Source: Mayamaea pseudoterrestris (lineage: Eukaryota). Taken from it: 64,000 bases of DNA. The stretch spans positions 62,001 to 126,000 of the forward strand of contig BROI01000018.1 in assembly GCA_027923505.1 (NCBI GenBank), read 5' to 3'. Positions 34,801 to 45,977 of the stretch are shown here, piece by piece. The notes beneath the pieces were generated by a model that was not told where the DNA came from, did not search any database, and worked only from the letters and a program-made list of their open reading frames with translations. Position numbers and translations under genes: made by a program. Position 1 is the stretch's first letter, and every line of letters starts with the position of its first letter.

Positions 34801-35272
34801 TCAGCATTGCCCGCTGAGCCCTCCAATTTCCTTCAAATCATGTTTGTTGTCAAAGATGGGTCATAAGTTGGTCAGTTGCACCTCAGCATCCATTGCCATG
34901 TATGCCACAGTGAGACAGAGCAGATCCAACAACTTGTTGGATCTGCTAGGGGTGCACCTCAAGTGGCAAGTGAGACTTCCAAAATGGTCTGCAGAACCCC
35001 ATAATACAACCAATATGGACTTGAACATTGATTGGGACTCAAATACTTGTCCATTTGGGCGTGGAAGCCATCACCATGCCATGACACTGCGCACATTGAA
35101 CCAATGGTTGAATGTGCCAGCCGTGCTCCCGTTTTGGCTGCTTGGATCACCAGCATTGCCCGCTGAGCCCTCCAATTTCTTTCACATCATATTTGTTGTC
35201 AATAATGGGCCATAAGATGGTCAGTTGCACCTCAGCATCCATCGCCATGTATGACACAGTGAGACTGAGCAG
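28857..35272. repeat. Tandem satellite, ~347-bp unit x ~18.5, each unit a dimer of palindrome-bearing ~177/170-bp monomers
   Basis: tgagact(g/c)cgcacattcaa recurs near 29170, 29518, 29870, 30217, 30563 ... 34733, 35082. First unit has an internal deletion; last unit is partial. Confidence 0.98.
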
Positions 35273-35553
35273 TTATTGGGGCTAACGTTTGCTGAGACGA
35301 GTCGAGCGATGGACTTCACGTTCACGGTAGATAGTTATCGTACCGGTACTGCGATGCAACATTTTTTCGGACCACCACTGCTCCATGGCGAAAGAGCTGC
35401 GCGTTCCCAAGACCTGCGCGCGACGACTCGCCATATGCTGCTGCCATACACATACTAGAACTAGTCAAGGTATTACAGAGTGAAACATTGTTAAAGTTGG
35501 TTCGCAGCGACGCGACGTCATTCGCTAGAAACGACAAACGACTAGTCGTCACG

Positions 35554-38398
35554 ATGAACAACCCGCCGGCTGCTGCGACAACAAACAACATCAACAGTAC
35601 GGGCGACGAGGAGGTACAATCAATACCGCCCATGGTGATTAAGATCCTCAAGACTCGCAAGGCTGATTGCTCGATTCTACCAGACGCTGCAATTATTGAG
35701 ATTTTAAAGGAATACAAGCAAACCGACGTGACCAATCCACACGTCAAGCTGCATTCGCTTCTTCGAAAGGTTTTGCTTGACATGGTTGATACATCACGGA
35801 GCGCTTCAGACCGAAGACAAAGCTACATGTGCACTTATTGGCTGTTGCAAAAGATTGATGACGCTGTCCGGTCGGCCAAGCAAGCAGGAATGGCGCACGT
35901 AACGGATGATGTCGGTGCAGCAACTAAAGTTTCCGCTGCAAGCCATGACCCGTCGGAACGCATGAGCCAAGCAAGCAACAATTTACAAGCAATGAATCCT
36001 CAAACCACGGAAAGTAATGATTTCCACAGCTTGGCTCCTTCTGCGAGTCAGGAGACCGCTACGCTACCTGTCGCGAGGCAGTGTAGGACGAGTGGCGAAT
36101 TGTCGACAGCTGGCGAACATTTTGAAAAGGATATGGACTTGTCAAACATGAGAAAACGGCGATGGGACTACCCTTCAACAATTGACAATGCTGCTGGCGC
36201 CCCTTTAAATGCAAAAGAACAAGCAGATTACAGCAAACACGCTCGACTCGACGAAGGTACAGAGCGAACCTATGCCGCTCTCGCCGATGCTTCTTCCACG
36301 GCGCTTGGCCGAGCCACTCCTGCGCACCAGGAACAACAAAAGCAGCAAGAGCAGCAACAAAAACGATTGCCAAACTTATCAATACTGTCACAGCGAAAAT
36401 TAATATCGACAGATCGCGCATCCAAACAATCAAGTGTTTCACTGGAGGCGCCTTTGCGAGAAGAGCGCGATGGCGCGGAAAGAACAGATGCATTGTCCTC
36501 TTCGGAGCGTAGCGATAGCTTTGCTAGTAAGCAAACAATGAATGATGGTACTAGCAACGGATTCAAGCAGCACTCGTTACATAATGATGGATGTGCTTCT
36601 CGCAACAATTGTGGAAGCCATACGTACGCTCCTGCGTTACAACGCGCATCTTCAATGGATATAAGTGCTCGATGGGAACCTCCCAGCAAGTCGGCCGCTG
36701 CAGTGACAGATGACTCACCGGAGTCGACGCCTGCCTGTGATTCTCCAATGGCACAAGATGAAATGCATCTTGTGGGTCGTCCAGTAATGTCAAACAATAA
36801 TGAGCTTGCACGTGCGTCAACAACGGATCGAGTGTCTGGGTTCAGGCAAAGTGAATATCAAACATCACGAGAATCTGTTGTCGATAATGATAGGAATTGT
36901 CAGAATCGAGATCATCACCGAAACAAAACAATTGACAGTCTTTTGGGTCACCGACCTTCTTTGGGCGTACCGGAAGACCCTCAACCAATTGACACGCGCG
37001 GCGAAAAGATCAACCGTCAGCGAGACCTAATGGCGCCAACCGCCTCCACGAGGAATGATTGTGCTGAAAGCCATACGAATGGGACAGTGGTCATGCACAT
37101 GGCGGCTGACACTGCCTCAGTGGGCCCAAACCTCATGTATTCATGCGCGACACGAAATTTACAAAGACCGGCCGTGACAATCACCTTTAATCAGAAGCAC
37201 ATTAGCGATGCATCAAGGGATCGCTTGTTGCGACGACTGATACGCTGGGATCCATACTGGCTGTTCGATTCTCAAGTACAAGTAGGTAAAACCTTCGGGT
37301 TCGTTTCAAAACGAAGCGAAAGTCGATCTTTAAAGTCTGCCATGCAGCTTCGTATCAGACCCGATAGAGATTTATTGATGAACGATAGACAGTCTGCTGT
37401 GATGAACAATAGACAGTCAGCTGAGTCTGCTTGGGGAGATTCGGCGTCACGCCCCCTATCTGCTTATAGTCCAAGGGTTCTTTTACGCATGATACCCGTT
37501 GATGATGCGATTGCCAACCGAGCTGATTGTCATTTGTGGCCGCGTGGGACGTTTCTACAAATTAATGGCAAACCTGTTCAACTGCAGCAGCGTAAAATGA
37601 CAAACCAAGGCAAATGGGAAGGCAATTGCAAGATTTTGAATCTAGGAGCTTTGGTCAAAAGCCCGTTCGATGAGTTGACAATTGAAATGTGTTGTCACGA
37701 CGATATGCCGTTTTACTTCTGCCTGGCTGTGTGCAGATATCAGCCGCCTATTCAGGTCCTTTACGATTTGATGGATCGGCGACGGGAGCGACCGTTGCGG
37801 ATGTTGCGGCTGTTGAGAGGTGCTGGAATTGAACGTGCCAAGCGCCATCTTTCAGCGAGTTTCGAAGCAATTGATGCCGGCGATGATGAGGACGTTTGTG
37901 CAGAGGCGAGATTTACATTTTCGCTCCTTTGCCCAATATCTAAGCGCTTATTGACTTGTCCTGTTCGTGGCGTCCACTGCAAACATTGGCAGGTAAGTGC
38001 TGGTGGTGTTGTCCTGATAACTTGACCCTACTTACGACTAATTTAAATTCTTTGTCAAGTGCTTTAATCTTGTCACTTTTCTTGAGAGCAATGTCGCAGA
38101 AGGGCGACAGCGCTGGCGATGCGCCATTTGTGAGAATTTTATTGCCGTGGAGGACTTGCAGTTGTGCAAATTGACGCGCGACATGTTGTCTGAGTTCAAA
38201 GACATCGCGACGACTTCTCGTGACCGCGTCGAATTTCGGCTGGATGGCACGTACGAGCTACTGCCCGAACGTCGCATAAAGTCAAGAAAGAAGGCTTTAA
38301 CCGACGACGCGATTGTTTCTAATGATATTATGGGCGAGAAGGGTGGCAACGATCAATCAGAAGTTGTCATCTTGGATGAGGAGGATGTGTGTGCGTAA
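35554..38398 (+). CDS. SP-RING (zf-MIZ) SIZ/PIAS/ZMIZ-like SUMO E3 ligase; intron 37993-38059
   Basis: FSLLCPISKRLLTCPVRGVHCKHWQ|CFNL..FL.....RWRCAIC. Upstream HLWPRGTFLQING. C-terminal SIM-like EVVILDEED. Confidence 0.88.
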
Positions 38399-38472
38399 TA
38401 GATCCTACCTCTCCTACACGCATGCCAACGACGGCTGATATGAGAGTGAATATATTAATGGCCAGCAAAATA

Positions 38473-39285
38473 TCACTTTTCGGTTCTTAATTGTTGTAGT
38501 CCCAGCCACCTCATCCCTGCAATCGCCAGAACAGAACCAAGCCAGCCATTTCCGTAGCGAGTGGCGTAAATGGCTAAGTTTTGTAGCGTAGACCACTTGC
38601 ATAGTAACCTTTCCAAAAACGGTTCAATGACACCTTGCAGCAGCTGATATCGAAGATTGCTGACTACCGCCATGAACGCGCCTGTGTATAGTGCAGCATG
38701 AATAATATTGACTTGCCTCGTGGCCGTTGCGAACGATGGCAACATCATCGATCGCAATTGAATAGCCACAGCCGTCAACCCATACCCCAAGGTACTTGCC
38801 AAGACACCGGCTTTGAACAAGGAGGGAATTGGAGCAATTATTGCCCCAAATCGTTGTACTATAGTTGGTTTAGTGACTCCGTCGAGCATTGCTTCTTGAA
38901 AGGCATTGCTGGGGACGGCGATGCCAAAAACGCTTGGTTCATGGAAGGTGGACAATCCGGCTACATCGCCAATTCGTTGCTCTGTTTTTGCGACTCTCCA
39001 CATGCTATAGTATTTACCAATGACTGCTGTCAAGATTCCGGCAACAACAAAGTCCACCTCCGCTACTAAGCGATGCGGTCCGCGCTGCGTATACTCGGCA
39101 GAGAGTTGAGTGCCCCCAGCAAGCAAGACTTCAATGACCGATTTCTTTGCAAAGGAGGGATCTGCTGCGACGCGACGCTCGAAGCCAATGCGTAACTCTT
39201 TCCTCCATTGCGACACTGGTATATTCAAAGAGGAACAAGGATGGATTATGACGACGAGCGTCGGAAGGAGCGCTTTGATCTTCAT
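38473..39285 (-). CDS. RETICULATA-related (DUF3411) plastid membrane protein
   Basis: Signal peptide; GFERRVAADPSF..K...E, EVDFV, PSNAFQ, FMAVVSNLRYQLLQG, RYGNGWLGS. Confidence 0.85.
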   Translation of the reverse strand: MKIKALLPTLVVIIHPCSSLNIPVSQWRKELRIGFERRVAADPSFAKKSVIEVLLAGGTQLSAEYTQRGPHRLVAEVDFVVAGILTAVIGKYYSMWRVAKTEQRIGDVAGLSTFHEPSVFGIAVPSNAFQEAMLDGVTKPTIVQRFGAIIAPIPSLFKAGVLASTLGYGLTAVAIQLRSMMLPSFATATRQVNIIHAALYTGAFMAVVSNLRYQLLQGVIEPFLERLLCKWSTLQNLAIYATRYGNGWLGSVLAIAGMRWLGLQQLRTEK

Positions 39286-39563
39286 GATGGAAAAGGATTG
39301 AAACCGCCGTCATTCGAAGAGAGAAGCACAAATGACCCACCGGTTATCGTGTACGTCGCACCGTGAATGAGATCGATTACTGTAACACAGTAGGCAAAAG
39401 TCGATTGCAGTTCACCTTTTACAGTTAAAAATAGAAGCAAAACATGCATCATCTTCTGTGCAACAGGCAGTGTAAGTTAACATTGTTGTATGGTTTAATA
39501 AAGTAGCAAAGATCTGAAAGCGAATAACTGATTGCACAACCGCTCGCATGATCCAATGTAGGT

Positions 39564-40670
39564 CTAGGACAATTCCGTGGGAGAGAACTGCTCGTCAGAG
39601 CTCTCCGAAGAAACTGATGCCGTGGCGACTGCTTCAGAAGACGCCTCGCTGTCGTTCGACGAAGACTTCTTCCGTATGGACTGCTTCTTGCTGTAGGCCT
39701 TCGAGTAGAAGTGCATAAACAGGACGAAAAGACTCGTCATTTCAAACACTTGCGTGCTGTACGCAAGATAGTGAGTCCAGTTGGCTTCGTCAGGCATGGT
39801 ATAGAGACTTAACGCCGAGTAAGCCAGCACTGACAGAAACTGAGCTAATTGTGACATAGTCAAATACTTTTTCCAAGGACATGAGATCTTGAGCAAACTG
39901 AGTGTATAGTATGAGTACATCATGACGTGAATCCACGAGTTGAGAAGTGCACCAAAGTATATATCACCGCCTGGGTATAGCCTTAAGCCAATCCACCATG
40001 CCCAGGCGATTGATGTATGGTGGTAGACGTGGAGAAAGGAAACCTGAGATTCGAAGGAACGAATGGGGTAAGCAATACTGCAGAGGCTACTGCGACCACG
40101 CAAAAACACGTGAAGCCTTATACGAACCTGATTCATCTTCCCCCGCAAAACCATAAAGTAGGTGTCCATGAATTCCAAGTACTTGTTGCAGTAATGGACC
40201 CAAACCGCGAACGAGGCCCCTGAGTTGACCAAATGAATTGGGCCAGAAACGAAAGGATGTCTATTGATTATGAGAGCATGTAGGATCCTGTAAACCGTCC
40301 ATAAGTTCAGCGCAACTTGCGCTCCATTGTAGAGAATCATAGATTCCCGAAGTAGCACCTTTACATCGACGTTGTGCGCTAGAAATCGTCTCGAAAGTAG
40401 CCTTAGAAGCGGTAGGCTGACGAGGTAGCCAAGCGTCATATACGTTGGAATTCTCCAGCTATGCATATCTTCACCCACTGCAAGTTCTTTCTCTGGAACA
40501 AATGTATATTTTACCCATATTGCTAGAATGGCAACCATAATGGAGGTACATGAATATCGAGCGATATGTGACGGCGGAACGAGTATGGTTTCGATTGGGA
40601 CCGTCGTGTCGGCATCCACTTCTTCCTCATTTTGCCTTTCATTGGATCGGTTCTTGGCTACCTGGAACAT
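39564..40670 (-). CDS. ELO-family fatty acid elongase (motifs resemble algal delta-5 elongases); 84-nt intron 40044-40127
   Basis: KYLEFMDT..MVLR.K..Q|VSFLHVYHH, YFGALLNSWIHVMMYSYY, KKYLT..QL.QF. Start uncertain; ACAGCCATG at 40670 chosen. Confidence 0.88.
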   Translation of the reverse strand: MFQVAKNRSNERQNEEEVDADTTVPIETILVPPSHIARYSCTSIMVAILAIWVKYTFVPEKELAVGEDMHSWRIPTYMTLGYLVSLPLLRLLSRRFLAHNVDVKVLLRESMILYNGAQVALNLWTVYRILHALIINRHPFVSGPIHLVNSGASFAVWVHYCNKYLEFMDTYFMVLRGKMNQVRIRLHVFLRGRSSLCSIAYPIRSFESQVSFLHVYHHTSIAWAWWIGLRLYPGGDIYFGALLNSWIHVMMYSYYTLSLLKISCPWKKYLTMSQLAQFLSVLAYSALSLYTMPDEANWTHYLAYSTQVFEMTSLFVLFMHFYSKAYSKKQSIRKKSSSNDSEASSEAVATASVSSESSDEQFSPTELS

Positions 40671-41039
40671 GGCTGTTTTCGTCGAATATGTCTTTCTCTG
40701 CAGTGTTATGATGCGGACCAAGCCATGTCCTCGTCCAATCCGACAGCAAGGCAAAAACGATGACGAAGAAGGCCGATTGATCATCGACGGGCCTTCAAAG
40801 GGTGCTGAGCCATCAGACCACGTACTTTGTGTGTCGCTTCGGTTTCGGTTTTTCCCTTTCACAAGGTCACAAAGGTACTGGAGCGGACGTCATGCCAATC
40901 TGTCGTATTCCCGTTCGGCAGCTGCCCCTGCCGAACCCATGGTCTCACGGAGGACTTTATAACGAGAGGAAGATGATTACTGATCTGGCAAAATGGGTTG
41001 TAATTAGGCATGTAAGATAAGATTCTTTTAAAAATGCTT

Positions 41040-42029
41040 CTAGAGTTCGTCACCCACTGCTTGCTTGTCAAGAACATTGTCAAAGAAAGAGTCATCAACA
41101 TCATCATCATCGTCTTCGTCACCTCCATCGTCTCCGACAAAATCGTCGTCTTCATAGTCGAAGCCGTGAGACTCTTCGTCAGGCTCATCCTCCTCCTCTT
41201 CCAGGAATTCATCATCATCATCCTCTAATTCATCTTCATTCACATCGAACTCACTATCATCCGGCTCAATCAAATCCTCGGGCCATATGAATCGACTCTC
41301 CTCCAGCGGCACTTTATAATCAACCAGCAAAACTTGTTGTAGCCATTTATAGTTGAAATCACGTTCAGTGGTTGTGACGAAAGCGTTGTAGTCAGTCATG
41401 CTGAAAGTATTGGCCCAAGCATGATCCATAGTAGCATCAATTGCTTGCTTCTCCGCTAGCAGCACGTCCTTTGATTTGACATGTAAAGCCGCAATAGTAC
41501 TTTTGCTCGTTTCATCGCACGCATCCAAATGCTGAACATGGCAGATTGGATGATCTAAATGTTCCTTGGCAAACTGCGACAAGCTCGTGTAGTCATAGCC
41601 TCCATGATACTCTTGCGGTGCCAATGGATCGCCGTATAAAATAGTTGGAGCAGTTTCGACTTTGAATCTTTCGCAGATAACCTTGCCGCGCGGGTGACTG
41701 CAGTTGATTTCGGCCACAAGACCAATCGGATGAGAATTCCATTCCTCCGCCAGTCGCTCCCACGTTGGCTTGAGTATGTCCTTGCATATGGAGCAGCTCC
41801 TGTCCCAAAATAAAAGAAACACTGATTTGCCATTCGTGCTTTGTTTGTAGTTGTTCGTCGTCAGTCTGATTAGTTGATTGTTGGTTGTGGTCTCACTGCC
41901 AATTTGCTGAGCGTCGACTGAGACTGATTGATCATTGTTGGATTTACAGGAAAGTGCGACTACGCAGCAGCAGAAAAGGACACTGATGCTATTACATTTT
42001 CGTTTCCATGTTTTCCGTCGTTCTATCAT
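41040..42029 (-). CDS. ER thioredoxin/PDI-like protein, CSIC motif, acidic tail, GDEL
   Basis: Hydrophobic N-terminus; VFLLFWDRSCSICK, W..LA.EW, EINC, PTILYGDP; ends GDEL. Confidence 0.8.
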   Translation of the reverse strand: MIERRKTWKRKCNSISVLFCCCVVALSCKSNNDQSVSVDAQQIGSETTTNNQLIRLTTNNYKQSTNGKSVFLLFWDRSCSICKDILKPTWERLAEEWNSHPIGLVAEINCSHPRGKVICERFKVETAPTILYGDPLAPQEYHGGYDYTSLSQFAKEHLDHPICHVQHLDACDETSKSTIAALHVKSKDVLLAEKQAIDATMDHAWANTFSMTDYNAFVTTTERDFNYKWLQQVLLVDYKVPLEESRFIWPEDLIEPDDSEFDVNEDELEDDDDEFLEEEEDEPDEESHGFDYEDDDFVGDDGGDEDDDDDVDDSFFDNVLDKQAVGDEL

Positions 42030-42268
42030 GCTACTGATTGACAATAGAAGAAGTCAGGTGGCAAGGAATGATTGTTGCGATTTAAGATTGCGCCTTCATT
42101 CGTTCGACGCGGCAAGAGAGGTCGCTACGGTACTCAGCTCCCACCGGGTGAGATGCCAGGGAGCAGAGGGAAATCGATGACCATGAAAAGGCCGCCAAGT
42201 GTCGGGCAGGCCAAGCATCAATGCAAGATTGATAGTCTCGCTTTATTACAGCTTCTGTTTTCTGCAGG

Positions 42269-43289
42269 ATGCGCTCTCTTTTACTCGCAGCATGTCTGCT
42301 ATCTGTTGCTAGCGGCAGTGCCGTCGTCAAGCTCACGGAGGAAAACTTTCACGAAATGACCAACGACAAGACAGTCTTTTTGAAAATGTTCGCGCCATGG
42401 GTGAGTCGTTGTCAAAGCGTATTTTTGTTGTTTGATGAGTGGATTGCAATCAATTTCATTACAGAGTTCATGCAACATTTCCTCATTCGTAAAATGCTTT
42501 CTTTCGCATTTTCTATCGCTGCGTGACTTGTGCACCTTTGGCTCCTATCGACATTTGCCTTCGATAAACATCCACATCTATTCGTATACACTGTATATAA
42601 TAGTGCGGACACTGCAAATCCATGGCGGCCGACTGGGAAAAGCTCGCTGAGGATTGGAAGGACAGCACCGGACTCATTGGTGAAGTCGACTGCACCGATC
42701 CGGCGAGCGAGCATATTTGCGAGCAGTTCAACGTGGAAGGCTTTCCGACGCTTTTGTACGGCGACCCGTCGGCACCAGACGACTACCAGGGTGCTCGCGA
42801 CTATGATAGTCTGTCTCAATTTGCCAAGACGTTTCTACACAAGCCGGTCTGCACAGTCACCAACGAAGACGCATGCGACGACGAACAAAAGAAGTTGATT
42901 GCCGATCTAAAAAGTAAGAGCAAGGACGAGCTCATGGCGACGGTCAAGGACATTGAAACCAAGGTGCAAGCTTACCAAAACGACTTGAACGATTTTATTG
43001 ATGAGATCAACGAGCAGGTGAGTGTTGAAGTTGTGCATTCGTAGTGTTGAACGAGTGGCAACTCGAGCGAGCTTGGTTTAGCTAACACGTTTCACCTTGA
43101 ATTCTTCACTTTCCACAGTATGACTTGAAGACGGATGAGTTCAACTCCAAGATTCAGTCCCTTCACTCGGAGAGCAATTACAAGTGGTTGCAGCAGGTTT
43201 TGTCAAAAGTGCACGGTGTCAAACCTACACGCCCCGATCGAGACGGCATGGATGGTTTGAATGACGATGCCATCGGCGCAGAACTTTAA
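42269..43289 (+). CDS. Single-domain PDI-like protein (WCGHC); introns 42401-42603, 43018-43118
   Basis: Signal peptide; spliced VFLKMFAPW|CGHCKSM, VEGFPTLLYGDP, YQGARD; last exon ends GAEL-stop. Confidence 0.88.
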
Positions 43290-43419
43290 AAGGAACGGTT
43301 ACGTCTTGGTCGGAGCATATAGTTTGTCAATAGCATTTAGTACTTGTTATCAGTTATTTAGCGCGTTCATTTAACTTGCAATGTTACAGCCATCCAAAAA
43401 CTCATACTCCAGTAGCCAT

Positions 43420-44911
43420 TTACTTTTTAACGATGGCAGCCTTTGGCTTGACAAAGTTATCAATGACCGAGTAAAGCAAGACTCCGGCAATTCCAATGGA
43501 GCATCCCAAGAGCTTGATGGGATCAAGCGACTCGCCCAAAACAAGGGCGACGCCAACAATGACAATGACTCGCTTGGCCGTGTTAGCCACGGACTGCGTA
43601 ACGGCTCCAGTCTTCTTTAATGTCATGGTGGCAACTTCATTGTAACCGTAGAACCAAAGTCCCGACGCAGCAATGTTGGCCCAGACAGCAGGAGTCGTCT
43701 TGACAATGTTTACAAACTCCTTCATGCGGCTTCCTTCTTGCAAAAAGACAATGGGCAAGCTCATGAGGAAACCAAGAATGGTTGTAAGAGCAAACTGGTT
43801 TCCTACGGATCCAATGCGGTCCTTGAGCCCGGCAGTCTCCATGAGCTTTTTGTTTTCGTTTCCCTTGACGGCGGCAAACATGTTGGCAATGCAGGCGCTA
43901 ATCAATGCCGACCAGGCGAAATCGAGCTCCTTGACCGAGGCGAGAATGACTCCGCCAATGACAATGGGAAGGCACCACCACTTGGCCTTGGATACGGGCT
44001 TGTTGTAGACGAACTGTGAAAGAACAGCGGCGAAAGCGGGCTCGGCAGCCTTGACAATCTGGGCAAAGGAGACGGCTCCGGCACCCATGGCGAAGCTGTT
44101 GTAGAAAAGAAGGCAACATAAAGTTAGGCTTTACAGCATCCATCAATTGCCTGCAGTACAAAACAGCAGTTTGGTTCAACTTACACAGACGCAGAATGCG
44201 CTCCCATGAAGCAAAAGGCAACGGGAAGCATTTTGACGAGATCGTTCTTGGAAATGGTTGGCTTCTTACGGGCATCCGGGGCAAGCCAGAGGAACAAGGC
44301 ATACAAGGCTCCAACACCAAGCTGCATGGAACTAATGGCCATGGGAAATCCCGTCTTGCCTCCGGCTGCGTTCAAAGCCATCTTGTTGGTGATGTTGTAG
44401 TAGTAATTGCCCAGGTACCAAAGCGCAAAGTAAACAATCAATCCAAAGTCAATGGCGGAGCTCTTCTTGGCAACGACAGCACCTCCTGAAGGAACGTCGG
44501 ATGCGGAGCTTTGAAGCGTCTGTATAGAAGTTATGTAAGGATGGTGAGAGGATGATTGGAGAATCAAAAAGCCATTGAATTGCATACCAATGCCCGATGC
44601 AGCACAATGATTGGAGGTATCCGATCGGGAATGCGGAGTGGACAACATTTATCGCCACCGCTGCTTTGGCTTGACAGACTCCTCAAGTTTCTATATAATG
44701 ATTGTTAGCCAAAGTCACTTACCATGGCACTACTCGTCAATCGGTTGCCCTGAACGTCCACGGCCTGGACCATGGGCTTGGAGGTGCGGCCGGAGAAACC
44801 AACGTTGCGCATGACGCTGGTGGCCGTCGATCGTTCGGCACCGTGCAAGCCAAAGGCCGATGCGCAGCTCAGCATGCCGACAATGAATGCAGTGGATGTA
44901 GCAACCTTCAT
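43420..44911 (-). CDS. TPT: Plastid triose-phosphate/phosphate translocator; introns 44520-44722, 44096-44184
   Basis: CASA-FG presequence; YFALWYLGNYYYNI.NK, AVSFAQIVKAAEP, VTQSVANTAKRV. Confidence 0.92.
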
Positions 44912-45550
44912 TTTGATCAAGGTGGTTGTAGTGAACGGAAGAAGCAAACGCAATGACCAGTCCAAGCGATGAAAGTGGAGGGATGTCGAGGATTTGGTGC
45001 GAGCGCCGATCCAACCCTGTCAACTTGGCCTCACAGCCAATGAACCACGTCACGCGCCTCGTCCCATCGTATCTTTCGTGAAACTTAAGGTTAGAGCTCT
45101 TGGATCCTCGCTAGTGCTGCTTCGCTTCATTTATTCGATCAACCATGGCGCTTTCCCTGATCAACTACTTCTATTTGGATATTCCGGTGAGTACTTGCAC
45201 GCACTCACAGCTCTTTATGATATAGAAATGAGTGCTGGAACCTTAATATTGACGATTGACCGACACGATGACAACTGAGAGGAAGCATGCAGCAGCGTGA
45301 CGATCGAAACAAAGCAACAACGACGAGAGGATGCGTGCAACCTTTTGCGTGAAACAGAATGTAATGGTACGCGCTCAAAGAGATACGAGAGATCAGCAGC
45401 AAGCGCTTGCGCTTGTAAAATTCGTTCTTGGACATTTGCTATGCCAGTGCTTGCCGTCATTTGTCGTAGCTAATAGCGTTGCCGCGTGCCTCATTGTGAC
45501 TGAGTGTAACAACTAACAATCATGTTTGCTTGAATCTTCTTTCTTGATAG

Positions 45551-45817
45551 GACGCACGGGTTCCTTTTATGCTCTTGGATGGTCTCGTTGTTCTTGGCTT
45601 GAATTTATGGGACAATCACTTGAAGGCCAAAAAGCTCAAGGCGGCACAAACGGACGACGTCGATCATGAGATTGATAAGAAGGCTTCGCGAGCCAACAAG
45701 TCCATTTCGCGACAACAACGCAAGGCTGAAGATACAAAACATAAGCACAATATGAAGGGAAAACCTGTGAGCTTTGCACCCAAACAACACATCAATCAGC
45801 CAAAGAAGAGCAAGTAA
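45551..45817 (+). CDS. Small basic hypothetical protein; possibly the last exon of a gene whose 5' exon is unresolved
   Basis: Pyrimidine tract + TAG acceptor at 45550 with ctaac upstream. Short hydrophobic segment, then Lys-rich tail ending HINQPKKSK. Confidence 0.4.
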   Translation, partial: DARVPFMLLDGLVVLGLNLWDNHLKAKKLKAAQTDDVDHEIDKKASRANKSISRQQRKAEDTKHKHNMKGKPVSFAPKQHINQPKKSK

Positions 45818-45977
45818 TTGTTGCGCATTGCGATTGCCTTTGGTGTAGGCAGTCGGCAGGGAGATGCCGCACATTATTTGAGCACCCTGGATGAAATGCG
45901 AATAATTTATAACGACTAATTTTTTACTGACAAAAGTAACACAATAAATTGTTGCATGTTTTATACAATTGATGCAG

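Noticed and set aside
28891..35215. Many 60-150 aa ORFs in the array
   Set aside because: They are translations of the repeat on both strands, with indels shifting frames between units.
28857..35272. CRISPR-like array (regularly spaced 27-29 bp palindromes)
   Set aside because: Intervening sequences are repeated, not unique spacers. Eukaryotic context and no cas-like genes.
28840..35290. Transposon termini or TSD around the array
   Set aside because: No terminal inverted repeat or target duplication visible by eye; no transposase or RT ORF in the window.
37377..37424. 24-bp tandem duplication (MNDRQSAV/MNNRQSAE)
   Set aside because: Real but an ordinary in-frame micro-duplication.
42390..42620. 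Selenocysteine (UGHC) PDI next to eEFSec as a selenium cluster
   Set aside because: Splicing gives TGG|TGC GGA CAC TGC (Cys), with no in-frame UGA. Adjacency is probably coincidental.
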